Below, in pieces: positions 33,397 through 46,760 of a DNA stretch of 64,000 bases. Source of the DNA: Gnetum montanum (lineage: Eukaryota; Plantae; Gnetophyta); contig MNCI01002773.1 of NCBI GenBank assembly GCA_015680685.1, forward strand, positions 197,540 to 261,539. The letters run 5' to 3'. Numbering within the stretch: position 1 is the stretch's first letter; each line of letters begins with the position of its first letter. Position numbers and translations under genes: made by a program. Under the pieces are notes generated by a model. The model was not told where the DNA came from and searched no databases. It saw only the letters and a program-made list of their open reading frames with translations.

Positions 33397-36300
33397 ATGG
33401 TGAGGAAGATCAAGTCAAGTAGTAGGAATCTAGTTTTGGATGAGGTAGAGGAGGAAACTTGAATTATTTAAAGACTTAAGAATCCAATTTCAAGGAAAAG
33501 ATCTTCATCTATATCTACTAGGTACAAAGTTCTCATTATTTTTTCTAGTTTTTCAAAGTTTTATGCAAACATTTTGCACCTCTAGGCATATCTAGGTTGA
33601 AATTTTTTGATTTGCATGTGCCAAATTAAAGGTATAGGCTTTTTGATTATATTAAAATTAATATTTTGAATTTTGATATTGGATTGAGGATGATTTGGAT
33701 TTTTTCCCACACTTGTACCTAGCATTTTTACCCTATTCTTGGTCAATTTTTCCCCCAACTTTGAATTTTTTCTAGACTATATATACTATGATTTTGGAAT
33801 TCTAACTATATAGATATGTTATTATGATTCTTTGGTCACACAAGAGGTGGAATTATATTTTTAGTATTTTTTATGAATTTTTTGGATTTTTTGCCAATCT
33901 AATTTTCAACATTTTGGGCAATTTTTGTTAAAATTTTTAAGTATTCCAATGGGAAAACTAATAATGTTTGGGGTTTTGTAATCACATGTGGTCATAATTT
34001 TGGGTCTCTTAGGAGAGTGGAAATAGTATATAAGGTCTTTGTGTGAATTTTGAAATTTTTTTACAAATCTTTCTAAGAGTGTTTATTGTAGTTGATTCAC
34101 TACAAATAGAGTTTTTGATCAAAATTTTGGTTGAAAACTAGCATAATTGTGATTTTTTCTACATTTGAATTGTAGCATTGATGGTGAATTTTTATTTTTG
34201 CAAACATGTTCATTGCACCTATTACTAAAAATAATTTTTAAGGTTTTTTTATAGCCTCCAAGATCTATATTAGTCAATTTGGATTTTATTGGCATAATTT
34301 TGGTTCACATGGCATAGATTAACAACATTGAGTACTTAGGCTTGTTTGTGAATATTGTGAAACTTTCCAAGTATCATGGCAAATGTGTAGTACCTATTAG
34401 ATAAGTCATATTAACATACAAGGGGTTTTAGTGCATTTTTTGGGGAGATGTCGTAGCGTTTATGCTCCAAAAGCCAAGAAATCCTATACTTCTTATTTTC
34501 ACTTTTCCATCATCTCCAATGTTTAAGCTTGTATGACCTATTTGATCATTGGCTTATGAAAAATTCCATTACTTAGGCCCAAATATTGTCATTCTTGACC
34601 TCTAATTTTGCCAAACATTGATTTCATATCAAAAGCTTGTAAAAATGCTCGTTTCAATGTTTTACAAGCCAATTGTTTGTAAAAATGTTAAATTGTTTTT
34701 TTACTATGTCATTGGAAGTGTAAAAGCTATATTTCTGGTTTATATTGTGAAGGTAATTACATTGGTGTATTTGGTTATTTTTTAAGTTTTAAATTTAATG
34801 ATAACGTTATCATGCTAGTGGTTATTTTGGTATAAAGTTTGTGAATTTTTGTTGAAATAGTTATAAGGTTTTCTATGTTCTAATGATTATGAATTTCTGC
34901 TATATATAGGGCCTTGCTAAAACTTATTTTGATTGTGGTGGAGCTGCTTGGAATCCTATGTTGCACTGGGACAACCACACAAAAGAGTCTAAACCTAAAT
35001 TTGTGCATTGATAGGCATTTTCTGATATGGTTTAGACCTAGTGCATGAGAATTCTTAACATACTTGCTCTACCACTACAGTGTGATCATATGGTCATACT
35101 TGGTGATGGATATTGCCTCAATCATCATAGATACTCTCTTGGAAGGGTCTTCTGCCCACATCTTGAAGTTCATAATTGATGATCATGATCCTCAAAGGGA
35201 TATAGAGCATAACGAGAGCTCATTTTTAGAGGGAGTTAGATAGTTAGCCAAAATCTAGGAAATTCCTATGTATTCATAATACAATTTTGACAACACCTTG
35301 ATGGTAGACCATAGGATAAACAAACTCTTCCAAAATCCTCTAGGAATTGTCTTCTTGCTAGAACCATAAGTTTGGTTTTAAATTATCATCTTTGGTTGTT
35401 TTTTAGCTCTAAGGTTGTTTAGTTCTAATTTTTTTGATTCTTTGTTTGTTCGTAGACATAGGGTACCACCTAAAGGGTTGGTAAGGAATGACAAAACCTT
35501 AGCTATCACTAGTACAACCTTGAAAAAGTTCAAGAAAGGTGAGGTCATTAGAGTGAAGGTTCTTAGTCAGCTCAAAGTTGAGTTTAATAGATACTTCATG
35601 AGATATTCTCATGTACACAAAACAAATTTACCCACAAACCATGTACACAAATGGTTGACTTGTTTAGAATTAGGAGCTCCTACACTAGCTCATCATAAGG
35701 TTGTGGCCTTTCCTAAGCCTAGTAAGTAAAATTTGTTTATTATGGCCAACATTTTTCAGTTTTTTATTTTTTTTAAAATGTTTTTGTACTTTCAAGAGGC
35801 TAACATGTTAACTATGTTGTATTTAAGGTTCTATGCGTAAGTCTATAGTTCACGTGACTATTTTAGGACATTTTGAGGAGAAAATTCAACTAAGTGGGGT
35901 GAAGTAGACTTTGGACAAGAATGGTTGGTAGAAAAGATTCCTATGGACATCCAAAAAATGCTTACTGATGTAGGTTTGTGTGATTTGTTCATGTTGCCTA
36001 GTCCAATGATCCCACCTATTAAGATATTGAATGTGATTGACTTTTTTGATGTGGAGATTACCAAATTCATTACTTGCATTCATGGCCAACCTATTATATT
36101 GAGCATTAAGGCATCCATATTTAATAATCTCTTTGGTGTACCTTCTAGTGGTGCCAAGGTTATGACTAGAGTAAGAAAGGATACAAGTTATAGAAAGAAA
36201 ATAGAGGCTTGGCTTAACTCTTCTCTAGGTGCAACATTAAATTTTAACAATTGTATAGTTGAGAAAGCTAAAATACCTATCCAATTTTCCATGCTAATCC

Positions 36301-38550
36301 TATGTTACTATCACAAAAGAAAACTATAGGAGTTTCGCATGCTTGGATAATGAAAAAGGTGTTGACTAATGATACTATGTTTGATTAGGCTACCCACTTG
36401 GTCATTAGCTTGAGAGATGAAATCAAAAAGGTTAACAATAACCTTGACAATATGTATCATGTGCACTTTACATTCTTCTTTCAATACCTTAAGAGGTTTA
36501 TAGAGTTCTTGGTGTTGAAGAGAGATGGAGAAATGGTTGCACATGATCATTTCCAACTCTCTAGGCCTTGGAATAATCATATCACTTAGGTTATATGCCA
36601 TCAAGATCCACTAGTTGAGGAGATAGGAGAATCATTGGTCATTACCACTATGCATCTTAATGATTCACATGGTTTGCCTAGTTGTTCCCTTAGTAGCATG
36701 GGGATTGAGCCGTATTCTATGCATGGAACTACAAAGAAGGCCAAGAGGCCACACAAAGAAGAAAATGGTACTACCAAAAAGAAGATAAAGAGGCCATGTG
36801 TTAAAGACAAGGTTTAAGTTCCTAACAAGCAAGAATCCAAGAAGATGACCATCAATCTCAACATGGTAAATTAAGATGTTGGAGGTATGTAAGAATTTTG
36901 TGATATGTTTTTAGTTTTAGTTTTTAGCTTTTAGTTTATTTTTGTTGTATTTTAAGTTATATTTTTATACTTAGATGTTTGCTAATTTTTTTATCTTTTA
37001 TTATTATTTTTTGTTGTAGGGAGGAAGTAGGAGTTGCTTGCCAAGGTTACTATGAAGGAAGAGCAACAATGTAGGAAAGAGAAGGAGAGGATATCTACGG
37101 AGGCTTTCAATGTGTTGGGTTCTATCTTAGGTGATTTTATTGTAGAGAGTAATCCTCCAATATATCTTTCTCATGATTTTCTTGGTGTGCTCTAAGTCTT
37201 ATTTTATCTCTTGATTTTTATTTATCTTTGTTGCAGTTACTATATAATCTTTTATGGTGATTATAGAGTGTGGATCTTCACCAAAAGCATTTACATCGAC
37301 ATTCCATTCCAAATCATGGGTGAAAGCCCAAGAAAAGCTAGAATTCATGACAAAAATGATGAATGATATGGTAGATAGATTGTAACAAATAGCTCTTGAT
37401 GTTGGTAAGAGATGTGTTAAAGTGTTTTATTTTATATATTTTGATTTCTATATTTTTGTTTTCATGTTTTTATGATCATAGTACTCAATGTTTTCTTTAA
37501 AGGGTTTTAATTGTTTTGATATATTTTTTTTTGTGTTATTGCAGTTTCCAAAATAAAATGGAACTCCTCATGAGACTTTGAATTTGATGAGTACCCAGCC
37601 TTGCCCTTAATGTTGAGAATTTCCCACATAGGTTATATGAAGGGGCCATAGAATGTGCTACATCTTATGCAAAAACATTCTAGGAGGTCCAATGTTTAAA
37701 TGATTTCCTATGGGAGGAGATGGTGGCATTAAGAAAGCAAAACAAGGAGCTAACTAATAAAGTCAAGAGTCTCGAAGATCATAAGGAATTCATAGAGACA
37801 AATGTGACCAATAGGAACTCCTTACAAACTAAAGAGATAGAGTGTTCCTACTATTGGAGCACTATTTAATGTAAGATTTCTCTAGCCAAGAGAAATATGG
37901 AAAAAGATATGCAAATGGAGCTCTTAGTTGGAAAGTCCAAAGAATGGCACAATTATTATGCATGGGTGTTAGAGTGGGTCAAAAAACAAAAAGCTTAGAA
38001 GTAGATATATAAGGTGGGGAAGGAGAATTAAATGAAATCATGGCATGAGGAAGGCATGACACAACATATGTATTAGTTATTTATTTAGGGGATAGGTGTA
38101 GAGGACATTTACAACATGTTTGTAAGATCCATGGTTGCTACTAAGTCTCCTGCTTTTCAAATCACTACTGCATCTAGGAAGACCACCACTATTTAATTTT
38201 CCCATGCTTCACCTGAGTGGATAGGCATAAAGAGGAGAAAGGTCTTGGTAGGAGTAGATCTAGGAGACACTGATTGGACAAACTTGAGTGTAGAATAAGT
38301 TCTTCACAAGTTCGAAGCTAGTCTCCATAGATTTACAACTGAAGACATAGCTCCTGATTAAAAATATTTTAAGTTTTTATGTTATATTTTTTATTTTTTA
38401 TTGTTTAGTTTTCTATGATTTATAGTTATGCTTTGTTCATCATGATTACTAATGGATTACATGTTTTGTTGCTTATAGGCCTTAGGTGATGATGATGAGA
38501 ATGTTGAGGACGATGTTGTTGATGATCCTCCTTCTCCTTCTATAGGTTAG
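33397..38550 (+). pseudogene. Antisense multi-exon accessory gene of element C (best preserved copy): FCP1/NIF-like pseudo-phosphatase, plant-transposon/PMD-like domain, coiled coil
   Basis: Exons 33397-33521 (125 nt), 34910-35365, 35456-35721, ~35830-36884, 37020-?, 37237-37404, 37545-~38360, 38479-38550 (72 nt). Exons 1-3 join in frame. Exon 2: KLILIVVELLGIL...WFRPSA(R)EFLTYLLYHYSVIIWS...VR(Q)LAKI(W)E..YS(Q)YNFDNTLMVDH..KLFQNP; stops are mostly CGA>TGA, CAA>TAA, TGG>TAG types. Confidence 0.8.
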
Positions 38551-39269
38551 TTCTAGCATACTTGTTTAGCCTATTATGTTCTATTATTTTTTTCCACACT
38601 ATTGGTCTTGTTATTTTCTTGGCTATCATAGCCTTGGAGACTATATTATTTTTTCCTTTATGTTATCATGCTGTATAGTGCAACTATGGCTACTATTATA
38701 TTTCTTGTTGTTGTTTTCTATCACATAGTGTGATTGTGACTATTGGTATGAACATTCTAGTTATAAGTTAATTTTTTTTAATATTTTATATTTTGTAGTT
38801 TATTTTATGTTTTCTTGCATAAAAGACAAGTTTAAATAATAAGGCTATGAAGTAAAGTTTGGTGATAAAACAATAAAGGCATAAGATAAGGCATAACAAG
38901 TTATAGTATAAACATAAGAAAGATACAAAAAGGGAGGCCATAAGATTACTAGTTTTAGGCCCTTGTAGATGACTAGTTTAAGACCGTGGTAAGCTGCATT
39001 TTTACTTTGAATTTAAGTTTTTTATTTTTTATGCCATTTTATAGTGTTATGTAAACACAAAGGAAATAGGCATAAATTGTAAATTTGACATGAAAATGTA
39101 GAGCAACGTGATGTAGTAAAATAGTAAATAAGGCATAATAAAATAAAAAATTGTAAAGTAAAACAAAAATAAGTAAATAAGAGTTAAAACTAGACTAGAA
39201 AGTAAAAGGCTACATAATATGACACAAGGTTAAATGAATAAGTGATGTAGTCAATCGCACAACTATTTT

Positions 39270-42200
39270 CTAATCTTTGAAAGACTATAGAAAGTGTAAG
39301 GTCTCTATTGCACAATTCTCTACTCTCCATTCCCTTCAATCACAATGTTCAATGAAAGCTCTTTCCATGATTCATTCATGGCCTCATCATTTTTGATCTT
39401 GGATTGGTTGATGTCATTATTTTCCTTACATCATTTTCGGTGATAGGAGTTTCTTCTTGAAACTCCACCTTAGATCCCTGCTCTACGTCAACATTGTTGA
39501 TAGATAAGAAGATTGTGCTATCTACATAAATTATAATTTTACCTCCCTCATAAGGTAGGTAAATTTCTTAATGGATAAGAGAAGAGACTACTCATAATTT
39601 GGCTAACCATGGCCTTCTTAGAATTAGATTGAACCCTAATTTCTCTTCCACTACTAAAAAATTGGTAGATGTGGGAAATTATTCCCAACTGATGAAGTCT
39701 AGAGAAATAAATCTTCTCATTGATATTCGTGACCCATTAAAGGACATAAGAGTAGAAGTGGAAGTATTTTGGATATGTTCTAACAAGTTTAAATGATTCA
39801 TGATGGGGAAGGATATAACATTTTTTGTCATCCCATCATGAACATACACCTATTGTACCTTGTATTTACCAACCCTTATCATTATGAAGAAGGGGATTCT
39901 CAACATCTCACCACTTTACGTGTTGGCCTTTACCTCACCATCACAAAATGTTATGATAGTTGGCTTCATTTCTTTCCTAGGTGAAGGTGGCACCATCACT
40001 ACATGAATGAACTCCTCATTGGAAGCAATATCTTCACTGACAAGAATGGAAGTCAACATCTTAACTAAGTCTTGACAGTGAGCAAAGGATGTCATCACTA
40101 GGTTGTATAAGCTTAAAGAGGTGTTTTACTATTTAAGCGAGAGCTTAACCTACTTCATGAAAATGATGAAGTCTTTGTTATTATTCGATGTTTTTTTTAT
40201 TTCCCTTGAATTCCTCCATTCTACCTAGGATTTTCACTTCATATTTCAGTGTCTATTATTTAGGCCCCTTATCTTTCTCTTATTTTTGGCTACCCTTGCT
40301 AGGTTGGCTTGTTGAAATAGCTTGAGCATTGGTATCTATTGGTACTGCTAAAGTTAGAGTAAACTTCAGTGAGCCTACTTCATTCCACATCTTTGGTTAT
40401 TTATTATACTTAGTCTTAGGCTTTAGATTTGGCTTCTTGCATTATTTAGAAGGTGATTTATTATTATCTAGTTGCAAAGTAGCTAAAGCATTGGCTGCCA
40501 TAGGAGGGCATTGATCAACCTAGGTCACAAGTTCATCGGTAGTGGGAGGGGGTACCCTAATGACAAACAATTTCTTAGGAGGTGTAGGTGGTGATATCCT
40601 TATAACCAAAGGAGTTATTAAACTTGTGGAAGTTGAAATTCATTTTATCATGAGGAGGTATCATGATCACAGATGACTCCCTAGATGGTTTAGGATTATT
40701 GCTAATATTAAATGTAGTGATCTTATACTAGTCATTGTTAGCATTTAGTAGGTTCTTATATACTTGCATGTTCTAGTTCTAGGGCCTAATGAGATTAGAT
40801 GTGTCTAAGACTAATTTACCACTATTTATCATTTTTACAAATAATCTTTTAAGACCAAGCAAAAATCAATATCATGACTAGGCAATTGATAGTTGTGGAA
40901 AAATCAATCTAATTTTAAGTATTTAGGCATAGGTGGATCATCCTTTGTACCTATAATGGGATCTTTAGCAAACTCACATAGGCAATCATGCCTCATATGG
41001 GCATTTTTGGTTATATATTTCTATTGTATGAAACCACTTTTGAGCACATGATCAAGAAGCTTAAACAATTTCATAGGTAGCTTTGTGTACTTGGACTTGT
41101 CTTTTCTTTTGAAGTATGGCCTAGGTGAGTTGCAAATGGAAGCACATGATGTTGATAGTTAAGTGGTTGTGGTAGGCACCTTTGATTATGTTGTCTTTGG
41201 CTCCTATGTTATTTTTGTTTCTTTGTCCACAATGGCCATGGCTACATAGTTTTGTTTCCCTTTATCTCTATTCTTTCTTGTGTGCTAGTTCTTCTATGTT
41301 ACGTATGCTAGGTCATTGCTAGATTCTACAACATCTTCTATGTTTTTAATATGGAAAAAGGCTTGGCTAAGTAACTATGGGTCTAGGTAGTATAACTTGG
41401 ACTTGATGAAATCATTAACCCCCCCTTTGAAAATGACCAAAAGGTCTCTTTTAGAGATGGACTTGGAAATTTTGTCAAGGATGACATTTCATCTCTATAT
41501 GAATTTTTGAACAAGTTTAAGGGCCCCATGTTTGATTTTCATAAGCTATTCTATTGTTGTATCAAGTTTCAAATTATACTTGAAAGGTTAATGATTTATG
41601 AAAGTAAGTCATCTAGGGAGGTGGTGGAGCCTCTAAGTGGTGCATGGTACCAATCCAAGGCTTTTCCGGTTAGCAACATAGAAAAGATATGAATCACAGC
41701 ATGGGTTCAAGCTTGTGACAACAAGCTCTCTGAATGGAAGGTAATGAGATGTGAGTTAGGATCATCCTCACCATTATACTTAGTGAAATGAGAAATAGGG
41801 ATGCCTGTGGGAAGAGTTATTTTCTAGATAGTAGAACTAATAGGATCATACTAATAGAAATCCATATTTTTTCCCATCTAGGTGGTCAAGGCCTTAAGCT
41901 TCCACAACTCTTTAGTGAGGACCTAGATCATTTGAAAGGCTTAATCTAGGTCTTGAGGCATTCCTATGGGTTGGGAAGTTTGAACTAATGGCTACAAACG
42001 AGGTTGGATGGCTTGGGACCATGCAATGGACATCAGTATAGATGGAAGAGTTTGTGTGGTCATGGTAGTAGGGGGGTTAAACAAGGAGAAGGAAATTTGT
42101 GTTGGAACCTGGGAAATAAAGGGGACAAAGAAGGTGTGAGAGGCTTGTGAAGCCTAGGATTTCAAAGAGGACCTCACTTGTATGATGAAAGGAGTTGGCA

Positions 42201-42845
42201 TGGTGGACATCACTAGTGATGGGCACACTAAATGAGGTTGAATTGCAAAAGGCATAGCTGTAAATAAGGAGGTGGAGTGGAAGGCTGGGTGGAACTAGTG
42301 CACTACTATAATGGGTGCTGAGGTGAACATAGTAGGGAACAAGGGTGTAGACAAAGGAACCTAATTCACATAGGACAGAAAAGGTGTGGAGTTGGAAATG
42401 GTTTCTTGTGGAGTTGACCATTAGAAAGATTAAGTATGAATGTGTCTAGTTCATGCTCCACTTCAAACTCATCCTAGTCTTCTTGGTTTTACTCTAAGCT
42501 AATTTCCTCACTCATCTCATCAATGTTTATTAGTTGCATTAACAATCATATGTAAAATTCCATTAGTTCAATTTTATCAGAGGGTGAGGGAATATACTCT
42601 TTCTCGTTTCAATGGATGATCTCAAATTGATGTTTGAACTTTGATTCTAAGCATGGGATGAGAAGGCTAGCTTGGGTCTTAGCATAAATAAAATTGTGAT
42701 ACTCCTCATTAATGATTGTAAAATATGGTTCCTATCACCTCCACCTAAGGAGTATACCACAACTAGATCCTTGGAATCATAAATGCGAATGGCTTCTTTG
42801 TTAGTAGCCATGTGTGTTATATTGTGAGGTAAACTATGGAGCAAT
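39270..42845 (-). pseudogene. gag: gag-protease of element C
   Basis: AIRIYDSKDL N-terminal block (cf. VVRVYDPKDL at ~10275); gag core 41.3-41.8 kb; DLVKMLTSILVSEDIASNEEFIHVVMV (cf. ORF 12989); ends AAAGATTAG. Confidence 0.8.
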
Positions 42846-43402
42846 GAAAAGGCATAATAGCTGTAAGGTCAACATATAAGCTAGCTTATAAAACTTAATA
42901 AGCTAACTTGTAAAACGTAATAAGCTAGCTTAATAAGATAACTTGTAAAACGTAATATCCTGTTAAAGTGCTAACATATTTAAGGATTTCAACTTATGAA
43001 ACTCTAATGTATTAGTTGTCACTACATTGAAAAATTAAAAACAATTCACAAAATTTTCTAACATATTTAACTAATGCTAGGAAAAATACTAACACTCTTT
43101 TAACGTATATGAAAACACCAAGAAACATTTTGCAACTTGCAAGTATAGAAATACGAAAGGTAGTATGCACTACAACTATTAAGATAAATAATTAAATCAA
43201 ATTTGCAAAAAACAAGGACTATGTTAAGCACTACAACTATAAAAATTAAATGTTAAACTACCTTGACTAGGAAGTTTAGGTAGTGGCATGCATTGTAGTC
43301 TTGAGAACATCCAAAATGGATTTTAATTTCTCAAATACATTGACAAGAAATGGCAGAAATAATGCAAAGGATGGGCAAAGGAGTGAAGAATTTAGGTAGA
43401 GC

Positions 43403-43419
43403 CACTCCTTCTAGTGCTA
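43403..43419 (-). promoter_or_regulatory. PBS, tRNA-Asn type (element C)
   Basis: Minus strand TAGCACTAGAAGGAGTG after the LTR end at 43425. Confidence 0.75.
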
Positions 43420-43424
43420 GAAAC

Positions 43425-44590
43425 TATAGTAGCTAAAATATTTGGTGCTATAAAACTGAAAATTCTAGCATACTATAGTTTAATCCTAGATCCAACAAGC
43501 CTCGAAAAAGGATCTAGAGAGCCTCAAATGATTTTGCCAATCGATTAAAGACTTAGAAGTCTATTACCATATCATAAAATAAAAATGAAAAAACATATGA
43601 AATAGTCATTTGATTGCTAGATATGAGACAAAGAAATGAAAGAGATAATGTAGTAAAATAAAGAAAACTATAACTTTTTATTAAATGCAATAAGAAAAAA
43701 AAAAGGGGTTTAGGGGATATAGATTGTGGTGTGTAAAATCTCAAGAACATAGAAATATCTTTAATGTCTAATGCAGATGGTAGGGTGTGTTTTGCCACCA
43801 TATCTGTACTTGTCCTTCTCCAATCAATCTGCTCTTAAGCTTTTCTTGCGACATGTTCTCTCTACTTTGATGTTCTACAATGGTTGGGTAATGGCTATGG
43901 ACTTTTAAATTTTTGCTCTACTCCAAAATTCTCTAGTTTTGCTGAATGCATAATGATTCAAAAATCCTTAAAAGGATGCAAAATTTGGCTTAAATAGGCT
44001 ATAAATGTCAAGTTTTTTTGCTAGTTAATTTTGGCTAATTTCTGACATTTGATGCGAAGTTTCTGATATAATTGTGTGGGCAAAATCTCTAGCGTATGAT
44101 GCACCAACGTTTTTCACTTTTTTGGCTAAAATACCAATGTATTTAACACTTTCACCAACCAAAAACTATAGCATATGAACCACTAACATTTTTTTGACTT
44201 TTTGGACAATGAAATACAATGTATTTGGCACTTTCACCACCCAAAAAGTGTGGCCCATGAACTGCCAACATATGAAGCTTTCCTTGCCAAATTTGATAGC
44301 ATGTTTTGAATATTTTCATGGCCCAAAATCCAATGTATTTGTCCCTCACGTTTTTGGCATTTTGCTACCAATTTTGGTAACGTATTAGCATATTATGTCG
44401 GACACGTTGGCTTAAATGGAATTCTAGCATTGTGAGTTGTAAATTCCAATCTGACACATTGAAAAATGCTTAACACTTAGTCAAAACAAGGTCATAGGGT
44501 AGTTTGATGGAAAAATAGTTAATTATTTCTGCCTTTAAATTCCCAACAAATTACAATGCAAGTTATTGGCTATTAGGCTTTTTAGTTGTC
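43425..44590 (-). repeat. 5' LTR of element C with degenerate CCAA(C/T)GTATT-containing repeats at 44080-44400
   Basis: U5 homology to LTRs of A; repeated accaatgtattt..cactttcacca units. Outer end approximate. Confidence 0.6.
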
Positions 44591-44649
44591 ACATGAATTT
44601 TTCTTTAGGGTGCTTCAAAAAAGTCCATTGTCCCTTTTACATATCTCAA

Positions 44650-46760
44650 GATATGATTGAGAGAATTAATGTGGCTTAGTCTAGGTTCTTTCATGAACCT
44701 TAAAAAGATAAAATGTAACAAACGCAATATCAAGTCTTGAGTGATAAGAAAACCTAAAGCATTCTATCATGCTTCTATAGAGAGAAGCATCAACTATGGA
44801 ACTTTCATCTTTGACTTAAAGTTTGAGGTTTGGAAGGAGTGGATTAATGGCCATATTTTTCTATGATATTTTTAGCATATTTAGTTTCATGCATTTTCAA
44901 TGCATCCTCCTCTTGCTCTACTTGTATTCCTAGAAATTACCTTAGTACTTCTAGATCCATCATCTCAAATTCTTCTTTCATATCTTTCCTAAAGTCTAAT
45001 TTTTTTTTCAAAACTTGATATGAAGACCAAGTCATCAACATACAAAGAGATTAAAATTACATCCATACTTACATTCTTGATGTAGAGATTACACTCAAAC
45101 ATATAACTTTTGTAGCCACTTTTAAGAAGAGAATCATTGGTTCTATGAAACCAAGCTCTTGGAGCTTTTTTGAGTCCATAGAAAGCCTTTTTTAGCTTGC
45201 ATACTTTGTCTTATTGGCATTGAATTTTAAACTCCTTTGCTTGGAGAATATAGAATTATTCTTCTAGCATACCATTAAGAAAGCTAATTTGACATTCATT
45301 TGATACATCTTCACTTGAAGATGGGCTACTATAAAGATGATAAACTTAATAGTTTCAAATCAAGTACAAATATTTTTTTATAGTTAATGTGTTTCTTTTG
45401 TTTAAAGCCCCTTAATACTAACTTACCTTAGAAGAAGAGATGTTATCTTGTTCATTAAATTTTGTTTAAATACCACCTTGACACTAATGACCTTCTTTCT
45501 CTTTGATTTATGTACTAAGAATCATGTATTACTCTTTATTATTGAATCATACTTCTTTTGAATTGCATTCTTAGAGTTGTTAATTTTAAGGGCTTCATTC
45601 ATACTTGATGANACATTCTTAGAGTTGTTAATTTTAAGGGCTTCATTCATACTTGATGATTAATTAGTTAGGACTAAGTAGGAAACATTAGACTTTACTT
45701 GGCTTCCTGTATATCTTCTTTGGAAGTTAGTGTTTATGATTTAAGATGAGAAGTGATCCTTCTCCACTCATGGCCTTAGCTCATAAGTGTCTTCCTTCTT
45801 CTTCTTTTCCTCTTCTTAGCTATAGAATGAGTCAAACACTAAGGTTTTCTCATAAAAGATTATACTTATTGATACATGCCATTTATTTCATGTAGATTAA
45901 AGCATTTGTAGCCACTTTTCTTGGAATCATATCCAATAAAGATATACTTCCTACTTTTATTATCTAGCTTCCTCACTGAAATCTTCTTATAGCATACATA
46001 GTCAAAGAATTTGAGATGAGAGAAATTTGATTCCTTACCATACAACAATTAATAGAGAGTTTTCTTAGCTATGAAAGTTTTAATGAGCTATTGAGGATAT
46101 AGGTGGCTATATGGATTATCTCATTCCAATAGAAATTAACAAGGGAGACATTCTTCAACAAACATCTACATATGTTTTTGGATAACATCATTCTTCCTCT
46201 CAACCACTCCATTGCTTTCTAGCTCATACTCATATGTAGTTTATTTTGAGATGTTATGATTTTTATAAAATTCATCAAAGTGATTACCTACAAATTCACC
46301 TCCTCTATTTCTCCTTATAGAATTGATTTTTAAGCCAAGAAAAATCTCTATCAATTTCTTGAAATTTCAATATACTTTATAAACTTCATCTTTCAAATGA
46401 AGAATGTAGGTTCTTACGTATTTAGAAAAATCATAAATAACCATTAAAAAATATTTAGATCCTCCATATGAAATGGTGGGCATTGAATCCACAACATCTA
46501 TGTGAATTTGCTCCAAAATTTTGGTCCTTCTCTTACTTGTATGGGAATGTGGAAGTGCCTTTTGTTTGCTCTTTTGATATGTATCACAAATCTCTTGAGG
46601 TGCTTCTTGAAACTATTGAAAACTTCTTCTTGAATTACTTCAAAATTTATAAAATTTTTTTATTCTTATTGCTGTGTCAAGTTTGGATGATAATATTTAA
46701 TGAAATTTATGTGTGCAGGTTCACCTTGGAATGTGTATAATTTGGAATATAGATTTTAGT
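44650..46760 (-). pseudogene. pol: Ty1/copia pol relic (integrase then RT)
   Basis: Minus-strand motifs EQIHIDV, IRRNRGGEF, SNGVVERKN, KLDNKSRKYIFIGYD..KSGYKCF, MYQMNVKLAFLNGMLEE, VCKLKKAFYGLKKAPRAWF, ISLYVDDL; INT-before-RT order. Confidence 0.9.

Larger units (their letters stand above)
32920..44590 (-). mobile_element. Tat-like element C (diverged subfamily): LTR, PBS, gag-PR, antisense spliced gene; cut at 32920, pol absent from window
   Basis: LTR U5 43425-43560 homologous to 9290-9427; PBS; gag-PR homologous to A; outer LTR boundary approximate. Confidence 0.8.

Noticed and set aside
34441-34460. GGGGAGA-TGTCGTAGC resembling a PPT plus LTR start
   Set aside because: No matching LTR downstream or elsewhere; lies in intron 1 of the accessory gene.
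33397-38550. Interpretation as an ordinary host gene
   Set aside because: Two diverged copies occupy the same position and orientation relative to gag-PR and show the same deamination decay as the elements.
45567-45659. Exact ~45-bp direct repeat
   Set aside because: Flanks a single N; contig-overlap artefact.
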